DNA from: Acutalibacteraceae bacterium
GTDB taxonomy: Bacteria > Bacillota > Clostridia > Christensenellales > UBA1242
Assembly (NCBI GenBank): GCA_963602035.1
Contig: CAVCHC010000001.1
Location: 25,351 to 89,350 of the forward strand
DNA: 64,000 bases
Reading direction: 5' to 3'
The position numbers were made by a program, and so were the translations under genes. Positions 1-7,928 of the stretch are shown piece after piece (within the stretch, counting starts at the first letter, position 1; each line of letters starts with the position of its first letter). Below the pieces are notes generated by a model. That model was not told the DNA's origin, ran no database searches, and saw nothing but the letters and a program-made list of their open reading frames with translations.

Positions 1-8
1 TGATACTT

Positions 9-500
9 ATGTTTTTTGGTATCGGCGATTTGGGGCCGCTGTTTTCAAACGAGGCGAATATGGCAACGCTTGGCCTTGCGGGGCTTATGGGCTTTTTCTT
101 GTATATGATTTTGGGCGTGATGGTTATCGCGGTGATGGCGTTTGGCATAACTTTTTTTGTTTTGACCATAACCAACACGGTGTATACGTTTAAAGCCGCG
201 CGCTATCCAAAGGGCATTTTTGCGGTAAGCGGCCGCGCCGTTGCGATTATTATTGAATATTTTATCTTTACAGCAATCTTTGCGTTTGTGGCGTTTTTTG
301 CCATCTCGGGCAACGTGTCAGTGGTGGCGGGGGTTGTGTTTGCGGTTATCGCGGCCATCTTTCTTGCCATGGCGATTTTGACGATTGTTGACAAGTCTGC
401 CTGCCAAAAGGCCTTTAATGAACTCAGCAGCGAAGACCAAAAACTTGCGCGCGCCTACGCCAAAGAGCAGTCACGCAAACGCCGCGCAAACAGGGTTTAA
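9..500 (+). CDS. hypothetical multi-pass membrane protein
   Basis: 163-aa ORF with several hydrophobic helices and a basic C-terminal tail (KEQSRKRRANRV). The frame stays open to the window edge, so the true start may lie upstream. No family recognised. Confidence 0.45.
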   Translation: MFFGIGDLGPLFSNEANMATLGLAGLMGFFLYMILGVMVIAVMAFGITFFVLTITNTVYTFKAARYPKGIFAVSGRAVAIIIEYFIFTAIFAFVAFFAISGNVSVVAGVVFAVIAAIFLAMAILTIVDKSACQKAFNELSSEDQKLARAYAKEQSRKRRANRV

Positions 501-1272
501 ATATTGCTGTCATTGCGAGCGCAGCGTGGCAATCCCATTGTTAAAGTTGCAAGTTGAAATGCGGCTTGAAATTAAAGTTTAAAGTTGAAAGTTGAAAGTT
601 TAAATGCGGACGAGATTACAACATTACTACGAAGAATTGCAACGAATTTACTCATATAATTCCCAACTCCGCCCCCTTCTCGTCGCAACACGAACTTGTT
701 TTACGCTCAGCATTGCTAACGCAAGGGTTCGCTTTACTTACGTTCGGTTGCTCCTCTTCGCCTGCAAATTTTGTTCCAAAATTTTTGGCGAGCACGCTGA
801 CGCGTGAGGATAAAGCGGATAAGGATATAATGAGAGGGTTAATAAGGCAACTTGAAAAAAGAAAATACTCTATGTATGTCGAGATTGATAAACATAGAGT
901 ATTTTTTTATTATGATAATATTTTTGTCATTACAAGAAAACAAAACCGACATAGCAATCTCAGCCGCTTTATAGTACTCTCGTTTTTTATGCGGACTGAT
1001 TAACCCCTCTGTCTCGTTACGCTTTACGCTTCACTCAACGACCCTCCCCCTAAAGGGGGCGGAGTTGGGGAGTGTATAGGTAGATTTCAATTAATAATGA
1101 TTATTTATCGACAGTTTGTTTTAACCACGGTTGTAAGCGTAAATATATTTACAACGAACACTGACCGAAGTGCAACGTAGGTTTGGTGAGGGGTAAATGT
1201 ATTTACGCGGGTATATCAATTAACAATTGTAAATCCTCGGCCGCTTCTTTTCACTCTTAACTCTTCACTTTC
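501..1272. repeat. intergenic mosaic repeat complex 1
   Basis: Module order: A 508-540; AAAGTTK heptamer arrays 542-606; nested-palindrome element 662-1069, which contains module C 681-806 and module A 925-967; module E 1136-1210; RAGTGAA heptamer array 1244-1272, in minus-strand sense, abutting the cmk stop. Confidence 0.85.
662..1069. mobile_element. MITE-like nested-palindrome element, rearranged copy
   Basis: Left end is cccaactccgccccc. Right end is ccctccccctaaagggggcggagttggg. The inner core matches copies at 6023-6399 and 35653-35950 (gagggttaataaggcaactt ... tgcggactgattaacccctc) and has a terminator-like hairpin aaaatactctatgt/acatagagtattttttt. The left arm is replaced by module C. 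Confidence 0.7.
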
Positions 1273-1953
1273 TTATGTTGGGTAGGTTTTGGTGTGGGTG
1301 GTGATGGAGGCGATGAGGGCGGCGGTGGCTTCTTCGATGTTTAGGTGGGTGGTGTCAAGCGTGATGGCGCCCTTTGGGATAACAAGCGGCGAGTTTTTGC
1401 GCGTGCTGTCTTCGTGGTCGCGTTCGGCAAGCTCCTCTTTAACGGCGTCAAGCGGCACCTTTTTGCCAAGGCCAAGATACTCATTTTGGCGGCGTTTCGC
1501 GCGTTCGTCAAGGTCGGCCGTCACGAAAAACTTGATGTCTGCGTTAGGGAAAACAACGCTGCCGACGTCGCGCCCCTCAACGATAAAGTTGGGCGTAGTT
1601 TCGGCGATTTTGTGTTGCAGAACGCGTGCGCACTCACGAATTTCGGGGATTTTGGCGATTTCAGGCACGATGGCCGTCACCTCGGGCGACCTAAGTTCAG
1701 CCGCCACGCGAGCGCCGTTAAGATAGATTACGCTTTCGCCGTCTTCAATTTTGACCTCGATATGCGTTTTGTTTTTGATTTCGTTTACAAGTGCGGCGGT
1801 GTTAGTTGCGGGAATGCCCGCCTTAATTGCTTGCAGGGCGATGGCGCGATAAAGCGACCCCGAGTTGACGTGCGCAAACCCGATTTGCTTGGCCGCGCGC
1901 GTGCTGATGGTGGACTTGCCCGAACTGGCAGTTCCGTCAATAGTGATGATCAT
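1273..1953 (-). CDS. cmk: cytidylate kinase
   Basis: P-loop ITIDGTASSGKST and CMP-kinase-like sequence throughout. RBS AAAGGAGA sits 7 nt upstream of the ATG at 1953. The ORF-track start at 1983 has no RBS. Confidence 0.9.
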   Translation of the reverse strand: MIITIDGTASSGKSTISTRAAKQIGFAHVNSGSLYRAIALQAIKAGIPATNTAALVNEIKNKTHIEVKIEDGESVIYLNGARVAAELRSPEVTAIVPEIAKIPEIRECARVLQHKIAETTPNFIVEGRDVGSVVFPNADIKFFVTADLDERAKRRQNEYLGLGKKVPLDAVKEELAERDHEDSTRKNSPLVIPKGAITLDTTHLNIEEATAALIASITTHTKTYPT

Positions 1954-2066
1954 AAAAAATTCTCCTTTAACTAATGATAGCACTATTTTTTAAAATTTAA
2001 AAACAAACAAGCGAAATGTTTGGAATTTTTTCAATATTGTTTTAAAATAGGGTAGGAGAAAACAAA

Positions 2067-2681
2067 ATGGCAAAAAAACCAAACATTTTTATTCGCATTT
2101 TATCCTTTTTGGCGTTTGTTATTTTGTTGCCCGTTTTTTTAATCTGGTGGATAGTGCGCGCGTGCGTAAAACACGCCAAATACAAAAAGTGGAAGCGCGA
2201 GGGCGAAACGGGGCGCAAGCTTATCTTGTCGGCTGACATAACCACGATTGACCTTATGGAAGGCTATGAGTTTGAAGACTATTTAAAGTGCTTGTTTTTC
2301 TATCTTGGGTACGCGGTTGAGGTCACCCAGAAATCGCGCGACTATGGCGCCGACCTTATCCTTATTAAAGACGGGGTTAAAACGGTGGTGCAGGCCAAGC
2401 GCTTTAACAAAACGGTTGGAAGCAAGGCGGTTGCTGAGGTGGTGGGCGCGATGAAACACTATGGCGCGAACGAGGGCTGGGTTGTTACAAACTCTACCTT
2501 TTCAACGCAGGCAGAGACTCTTGCGCGCGAGAATATGGTAAGGCTTATCGACCGCGACGAACTTATGGAGCTATCCCGCGAGGTGTGCGAGAATTTGCGT
2601 ATTGACAACAGCGCGGGGCAGGTGGCACTAAGCGCGGCGTACAACGGCGGCGGCGCCACGGGCGACAACTTCCGCATTTAA
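2067..2681 (+). CDS. membrane-anchored Mrr-like restriction endonuclease domain protein
   Basis: N-terminal TM helix (ILSFLAFVILLPVFLIWWIV) followed by an Mrr_cat-like core (GYEFEDYL..DYGADLIL..VVQAKR..WVVTNSTFS). Confidence 0.7.
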   Translation: MAKKPNIFIRILSFLAFVILLPVFLIWWIVRACVKHAKYKKWKREGETGRKLILSADITTIDLMEGYEFEDYLKCLFFYLGYAVEVTQKSRDYGADLILIKDGVKTVVQAKRFNKTVGSKAVAEVVGAMKHYGANEGWVVTNSTFSTQAETLARENMVRLIDRDELMELSREVCENLRIDNSAGQVALSAAYNGGGATGDNFRI

Positions 2682-2807
2682 GTTGCTTATAATAAAAATA
2701 TCGAAAGAATGTCGAACTTTGGCGGGTTCGGCTTTTTTGTTTGGCGGCTGATTATTTAATTAAGTTTCTTCATATACTACAAATAAGCAAAAGGAGCAAC
2801 TTAGCGA

Positions 2808-3554
2808 ATGTGGGAACTTACTTTAAATTTCAGTCAAGATAAATCGCATTTTATGGACTTTTTATATTCAAAACTTGAAGGGCAAGTTAAGTTTTGTGGC
2901 GGCGTTATTATTCGTTCGTCGCGCGCGGGAAGGGTTAAAATCAGCCTCGCCGTGCCGCGAAAACAAAAGGACTATTTCGTTTTGCTTTTGTTAGAACTTG
3001 TAAGCGAGGTTATCACCCAAGACTTTAAGTTTGAATACCTTAACACCAATCTAGGCACGATTATTCCTAACGAACTGACGCGAGCGGCCTTTATTCGTGC
3101 GCTGACCGTTTTTGACAAACAGACTGACAAAGACCTTATAAAAAAGCAACTTGTTTTTGAAAATGAACTAAACATCGACAGCTTTTTCTATTTCAAACTG
3201 GGCGAACTGACCCAGCGCTGGCAAGAAATCTGCGTGTTGGTGCGCGAAAATATCTCGGCGTTGCAGGCGTCAGGAAGCCTTGCGGGACTTTTGAAATTTT
3301 TAATCAAAACCAGCGACATCGGTTACGACGAGGTGCACATCATTAAGCGCAAGGGCAGGTTCGTGTTGACTGACAAATCCAGCCGCCCCATCCACGCGCT
3401 GTTTGAGATGTGTGACAACAAGTCGCAGGCCGACACCATCGGCGACCTCATCCTTTTAAGCCCGTCAAAAATCGTCCTGCACCGCGCCACCGCCCGCGAA
3501 CCCTTTTTCGACTTTATCGAAAACCTTTTTGAAGACAAAGTTTGTATCGTTTAA
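2808..3554 (+). CDS. putative sporulation protein YtxC-like
   Basis: 248-aa ORF directly upstream of thrS, the position of ytxC in Bacillus. Sequence resemblance is weak and judged from memory only. Confidence 0.45.
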   Translation: MWELTLNFSQDKSHFMDFLYSKLEGQVKFCGGVIIRSSRAGRVKISLAVPRKQKDYFVLLLLELVSEVITQDFKFEYLNTNLGTIIPNELTRAAFIRALTVFDKQTDKDLIKKQLVFENELNIDSFFYFKLGELTQRWQEICVLVRENISALQASGSLAGLLKFLIKTSDIGYDEVHIIKRKGRFVLTDKSSRPIHALFEMCDNKSQADTIGDLILLSPSKIVLHRATAREPFFDFIENLFEDKVCIV

Positions 3555-3580
3555 TTTAACAAATTTGTTATGAAATTGTC

Positions 3581-3609
3581 TTGACAAGGTCGGGGGCGGC
3601 GGGTATAAT
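3581..3609 (+). promoter_or_regulatory. sigma-A-type promoter of the thrS leader
   Basis: TTGACA-17-TATAAT, with a G-rich spacer aggtcgggggcggcggg. Confidence 0.7.
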
Positions 3610-3615
3610 AGTTGT

Positions 3616-3840
3616 TGTTTAAAGGTAAAGACAAGTAGGTTGCGTCAATCGTTTTTAAGAGAGTTTGCCCATCGGCTGTAAGGCAAGCAAACAAGCGCAA
3701 GTGAAACCACTTTACGTTGTATTTAAGCACTCATCTTAATAAAAGTGGCGCGCAGAGGCGTGCAAATAAGGTGGAACCGCGGAGTAAACTTCGTCCTTAT
3801 GCTTACCCAGATAGTGGGCTAGTGTAAGGGCGTTTTTTAA
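3616..3840 (+). promoter_or_regulatory. T-box riboswitch leader (Thr specifier ACC)
   Basis: AGAGAG box near 3658. ACC followed by A at 3706-3709 in gtgaaACCAc. T-box sequence aaataaGGTGGAACCGCGg at 3764-3782. Terminator stem ccttatgcttaccc/gggctagtgtaagg plus a T-run at 3794-3838. Confidence 0.8.
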
Positions 3841-3917
3841 TGCAAAAATACTCCAATTGCTGCAAATTAAGATGGCGAAGAGGGTTGGGGTAAAAGTGAA
3901 ATGAAAATGACAATAAA

Positions 3918-3958
3918 AAGCGGCCGCATTTCAACTTTCAACTTTAAACTTTAACAAT
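3918..3958 (-). repeat. inverted AAAGTTK heptamer array with gcggccgcattt junction
   Basis: gcggccgcatttcaactttcaactttaaactttaac. The same junction plus array recurs at 6556-6590, 11357-11402 and 30078-30105. Confidence 0.8.
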
Positions 3959-4024
3959 TACACGATGCGTAAAATTTCACAACGAGAGAGTGTTTAAATC
4001 TATCAATCGAAAGGAGAAACAGAT

Positions 4025-5929
4025 ATGAAAATTCAATTAAGAGATGAAGTAAGAGAGTATCGCAAGGGAACAACGGTTGCCCAGATTGCTGAAAGCATCA
4101 GCGAGGGGTTGGCGCGCGTTGCGGTTTGTGGCAAGATTGGCGACGAATTAGTTGACCTTCAAACCAAGCTTAACCAAGACACTAAACTTACCATCATCAC
4201 GCCAAAAGACCCTGAATACAAGATGGTTATGCGTCACACTTGCGCGCACATTATGGCGCAGGCGGTTAAGGCGATTTATCCAACGGCCAAGTTGTCAATC
4301 GGCCCAGCAACCAACGAGGGGTTTTATTATGACTTTGACTTTAAAACGCCTATAACCCAAGAGGACCTTGGCAAGATTGAGGCCGAGATGAAGCGTATAA
4401 TTAAGGCCAATTTTGAAATTAAGCGTAAAGAGATAACCCGTTCGCAGGCCATCAAGCTTATGGACGAAAATGACGAGCCATTCAAAATCGAGCTTATTGA
4501 CGCTATTCCAGAGGGCGAAAAGATAACCATCTACACCCAGGGCGACTTTTTTGACGTCTGCCGCGGCCCACACCTTAAATCTACGGGTATGATTAAGGCA
4601 TTTAAGCTTACCAAACTTGCGGGCGCGTACTGGCGAGGCGATGAGCATAACAAGATGCTTAGCCGCGTTTATGGCGTATGTTTTGACAAGCAAAGCGAGA
4701 TGGATGACTATTTCAAGATGATTGAAGAGGCCGAAAAGCGTGACCACCGCAAACTTGGCAAAGAGCTTGACTTGTTCTTTTTAAGTGACTATGCGCCTGG
4801 GATGCCATTCTTTATGCCAAAGGGGCAAGTTGTAATTAACGAGCTTATCAACTTTTGGCGCGAAGAGCACGCAAAGGCGGGGTACGTTGAGATAACAACT
4901 CCAATCGCGCTTAACCGTGAACTTTGGGAAAAGAGCGGACACTGGGACCACTATAAAAAGAATATGTATACCTTTAAGGTTGAGGATGACGACTTCGCTA
5001 TCAAGCCTATGAACTGCCCAGGCGGTATGCTTTATTATAAAGAAAGGCTGCACAGTTATCGCGAGTTTCCTATGCGCGTGGCGGAACTTGGCAAGGTTCA
5101 TCGTCATGAGGCCAGCGGCACTTTGCACGGCTTGTTTAGGGTACGCTGCTTTACGCAAGACGATGCGCACATCTTTATGACGCCTGACCAAATCGAAACG
5201 GAAGTTGCGGGCATCATCAAACTTGTTGACAATATGTATAAGGTGTTTGGCCTGACTTATCACCTTGAACTTTCAACCATGCCAGACAACCACATTGGCG
5301 AACTTAGCGAGTGGCAGCATGCTGAAACCTGCCTTAAAAACGCCCTTACGCACCTTGGAAAAGAGTTTGTTATCAACGAGGGCGACGGCGCGTTCTATGG
5401 GCCAAAGATTGATATTCATATCAAAGACGCAATCGGCAGGACGTGGCAGTGCGGCACCATTCAACTTGATATGCAACTTCCTAAGCGCTTTAACCTTACG
5501 TATATGGACGCTGACGGGACGCACAAAGAGCCTATTATGGTTCACCGCGTAATTTTTGGGTCAGTCGAAAGGTTCTTTGGCGTTATAACAGAGCACTTTG
5601 CGGGCGCGTTCCCTACGTGGCTTAGCCCAGTTCAGGCGATTGTTATGAACGTTACGGACAAGTCAAGCGAGTATGCTAAACAAATCGCTGACAAACTTAA
5701 AGAGGCGGGTATTCGTACTGAACTTGACGTGCGCGCAGAGAAGATTGGTTACAAAATCAAAATGGCGCAATTGCAGAAAATACCTAATATGATTATCGTT
5801 GGCGAAAACGAGGTGGCGGCTGGTACTATCAGCGTGCGAAAACGCGGAAACATCGAACTTAAAGACGTTAAACTTGACGACTTTATCGCCGAAACCTTGC
5901 GCCAAATCAAAACCCGCGAGAGAAACTAA
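4025..5929 (+). CDS. thrS: threonine--tRNA ligase
   Basis: 634 aa with an N-terminal TGS-like domain and class II core motifs (HRHEASG, FRVRCFTQDDAHIF). RBS GAAAGGAGA. A Thr T-box lies upstream. Confidence 0.97.
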   Translation: MKIQLRDEVREYRKGTTVAQIAESISEGLARVAVCGKIGDELVDLQTKLNQDTKLTIITPKDPEYKMVMRHTCAHIMAQAVKAIYPTAKLSIGPATNEGFYYDFDFKTPITQEDLGKIEAEMKRIIKANFEIKRKEITRSQAIKLMDENDEPFKIELIDAIPEGEKITIYTQGDFFDVCRGPHLKSTGMIKAFKLTKLAGAYWRGDEHNKMLSRVYGVCFDKQSEMDDYFKMIEEAEKRDHRKLGKELDLFFLSDYAPGMPFFMPKGQVVINELINFWREEHAKAGYVEITTPIALNRELWEKSGHWDHYKKNMYTFKVEDDDFAIKPMNCPGGMLYYKERLHSYREFPMRVAELGKVHRHEASGTLHGLFRVRCFTQDDAHIFMTPDQIETEVAGIIKLVDNMYKVFGLTYHLELSTMPDNHIGELSEWQHAETCLKNALTHLGKEFVINEGDGAFYGPKIDIHIKDAIGRTWQCGTIQLDMQLPKRFNLTYMDADGTHKEPIMVHRVIFGSVERFFGVITEHFAGAFPTWLSPVQAIVMNVTDKSSEYAKQIADKLKEAGIRTELDVRAEKIGYKIKMAQLQKIPNMIIVGENEVAAGTISVRKRGNIELKDVKLDDFIAETLRQIKTRERN

Positions 5930-6650
5930 ACGCTGCGCGAGTGAAGAGTGAAGAGTGAAAAGTGAAAAGAAGCGGCTGGTGATTTTAATATCGCCGTGAA
6001 CGACTAATCTATACATCCACTCCCCAACTCCGCCCCCTTCAGGGGGAGGGCCGACGCGTTAAGAAAAGTTGCCAGTGGCAAGTTTTTAGCCAAAGGCGGG
6101 AGCGCCCCAAGCGCGGTCAGGCCGACAAGGCGGAGAACGTAGCGTGGAGCGCAGTGAGACGGAGGGGTTAATAAGGCAACTTGAATAAAGAAAATACTCT
6201 ATGTTAATTTATATCAACTAACATAGAGTATTTTTTTGTTATGATATTATTTTTGTCATTACGAGGAGGCAAGACCGACATAGCAATCTCAGCTGCTTTA
6301 TAATATTCTCGTTTTTTCTGCGGACTGATTAACCCCTCCGTCACGCCCTCCCTCAACGGTCGGCGTGCCCACCCTCCCCCTAAAGGGGGCGGAGTTGGGA
6401 AGGGTATGGGGAGATTTTGCTATATAATGATGTTAAACAACAAACTATCATAACGACATCAGCAAGCGTAAATATATTTACAACGAACACTGGTCGTAAC
6501 GCAGTGAAGAGTTGGTGAGGGGTAAATGTATTTACGCGAGTGCGCCAAATAAACAATAATAATCGGCCGCATTTCAACTTTAAACTTTAAACTTTAATTT
6601 CAAGCAACTTCTTTTCACTCTTCACTTTTAACTTTTCACTTCTTTGTTTA
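5930..6650. repeat. intergenic mosaic repeat complex 2
   Basis: GAGTGAA heptamer array 5939-5973, nested-palindrome element 6023-6399, module E 6465-6538, inverted AAAGTTK array 6564-6590, inverted AGTGAA array 6598-6633. The outer arrays are reverse complements of each other. Confidence 0.85.
6023..6399. mobile_element. MITE-like nested-palindrome element (gene-less copy)
   Basis: Arms cccaactccgcccccttcagggggaggg ... ccaccctccccctaaagggggcggagttggg. Inner ends gacggaggggttaataagg ... tgcggactgattaacccctccgtc. Core hairpin 6191-6237. Module A at 6254-6296. Confidence 0.8.
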
Positions 6651-6673
6651 CTCTTGACAAAGTGGCGGGGGTG
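6645..6673 (+). promoter_or_regulatory. sigma-A-type promoter
   Basis: TTGACA-17-TATAAT with spacer aagtggcgggggtgtgg (G-run plus extended -10 TG). Confidence 0.65.
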
Positions 6674-6708
6674 TGGTATAATCGCGCTACTTAAAGGAGA
6701 GGGTTGGT

Positions 6709-6969
6709 ATGACATATTTAAGCGAAACAAGAGATATTTCAAAAGGCAATTTCAGCGAGACGATTGAAGACTATCGCGGCTATAAAATTCAAATTGCAAG
6801 ATACATTAACAAAAAGTTTATCAAAGACGGCGTTTATACCTATGTTGACGATAAGTTGGTGCGTGACCTTACGGCGCCTGCCAGCGTAAGCATTAAGATG
6901 GCTGAGGTTGTGGCATTCGATTATGTTGACGGCCTTATCCGCGAGGCGCAAGACGAATACACAAAATAA
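6709..6969 (+). CDS. hypothetical small protein (86 aa)
   Basis: Has its own promoter and RBS AAAGGAGAGGG. No family recognised. Confidence 0.5.
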   Translation: MTYLSETRDISKGNFSETIEDYRGYKIQIARYINKKFIKDGVYTYVDDKLVRDLTAPASVSIKMAEVVAFDYVDGLIREAQDEYTK

Positions 6970-6979
6970 CGAAAAACAC

Positions 6980-7008
6980 TTGACAAACTTAATTAAATGG
7001 TATAAAAT
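6980..7008 (+). promoter_or_regulatory. promoter of the infC-rpmI-rplT operon
   Basis: TTGACA-17-TAAAAT. Confidence 0.6.
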
Positions 7009-7009
7009 A

Positions 7010-7150
7010 CCTGCGTATTGAAAAGAAGAAGGCCACTTCTCACCAAGCGAATGAAAGATTTTTCTTGGTTAAAACACTTTTAAAAACCCGTTTTGTTTGG
7101 GTATGTGTTTGGTGAAAGATGGCTTGGAACTCGGGCCATCTTTTCTTATA
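7010..7150 (+). promoter_or_regulatory. probable L20-type leader/attenuator
   Basis: About 180-nt leader ending in the hairpin gaaagatggc..gccatctttt plus a T-run (7114-7150), directly before infC. Firmicute infC operons are known to carry an L20-responsive leader. Confidence 0.5.
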
Positions 7151-7188
7151 AATACAAGTTTTATGCGATAGTCAAGGAGGATACAACT

Positions 7189-7704
7189 ATCAAACAAGAA
7201 CATCAATTAAATGGTGAAATTAATGACGCTCAGGTTCGCGTTATCGGCGCTGATGGGGCTCAACTTGGGATAATGAGCGCGAAAGAGGCTAATCGTCTTG
7301 CTGATGAGGCGGGGCTTGACCTTGTTAAGATTTCGCCAAACGCTGTGCCACCAGTGTGCCGAATTATGGATTATGGCAAATTTAGGTTTGACCAGTTAAA
7401 GCGCGAGAAAGAGCAACGAAAAAACCAAAAGGTTGTTGAACTTAAAGAGGTTCAACTTTCGATGACGATTGAGCTTCACGACATGCAAGTTAAGGCTAAA
7501 AACGCAACCAAGTTTCTGCAAGCGGGCAACAAAGTTAAGGTCGCTTTAAGGATGCGCGGGCGTCAGCAAGCCTATTTTATGAAGGGTATTGAAATCTGCA
7601 ACGATTTTTATAACCTTGTAAGCGAATTTGCAACCAAAGAGAAAGAACCAAAAGTGGAAGGAAGAAACATTTTAATGATTCTTGCACCAAAAACAAGTAA
7701 ATAA
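7189..7704 (+). CDS. infC: translation initiation factor IF-3 (non-AUG start)
   Basis: IF-3 N- and C-domain sequence (INDAQVRVIGADG..). The only in-frame start correctly spaced from RBS AAGGAGG (7174-7180) is ATC at 7189. The ORF-track start at 7093 lies inside the leader terminator. Confidence 0.88.
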   Translation: MKQEHQLNGEINDAQVRVIGADGAQLGIMSAKEANRLADEAGLDLVKISPNAVPPVCRIMDYGKFRFDQLKREKEQRKNQKVVELKEVQLSMTIELHDMQVKAKNATKFLQAGNKVKVALRMRGRQQAYFMKGIEICNDFYNLVSEFATKEKEPKVEGRNILMILAPKTSK

Positions 7705-7716
7705 GGAGAAAAAACA

Positions 7717-7917
7717 ATGCCAAAACAAAAAAGTAACAGTGCTGCTAAAAAGCGTTTCGTAGTTTTAAAAAGCGGCAAGATTAAAAGAGCAAAACAAAAC
7801 AAAAGACACATTTTAACCAAGAAAGAAACCAAGAGAAAAAGAGGCTTGCGTCAAACCGCGTATGTTTCTTCAACTCAGGAAAAAACTATCAAAAAATTGG
7901 TTGGTAGCCAAGATTAA
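7717..7917 (+). CDS. rpmI: 50S ribosomal protein L35
   Basis: [14 protein letters not shown]... L35 signature, in the operon context. Confidence 0.95.
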   Translation: MPKQKSNSAAKKRFVVLKSGKIKRAKQNKRHILTKKETKRKRGLRQTAYVSSTQEKTIKKLVGSQD

Positions 7918-7928
7918 GGAGAAAGACG

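Noticed and set aside
604-807. ORFs running through module C (604-807 +, 25613-25801 -, and the equivalent frame at 29770-29900) encode a seemingly conserved peptide LVATRTC.TLS...VRLLLFAC..KI.GEHA.A.
   Set aside because: There is no conserved start codon or RBS. The upstream parts are unrelated between copies. The variable positions coincide with a bulge and with compensatory stem changes of predicted hairpins. The module is better explained as a structured nucleic-acid repeat.
713-1003. ORFs inside the MITE-like elements and flanking modules (713-1003, 6380-6577, 35680-35883, 35840-36049, 35845-36042, 29338-29856, 29990-30187).
   Set aside because: They lie entirely in repeat DNA, have no RBS, appear on either strand depending on element orientation, and are not conserved in length between copies.
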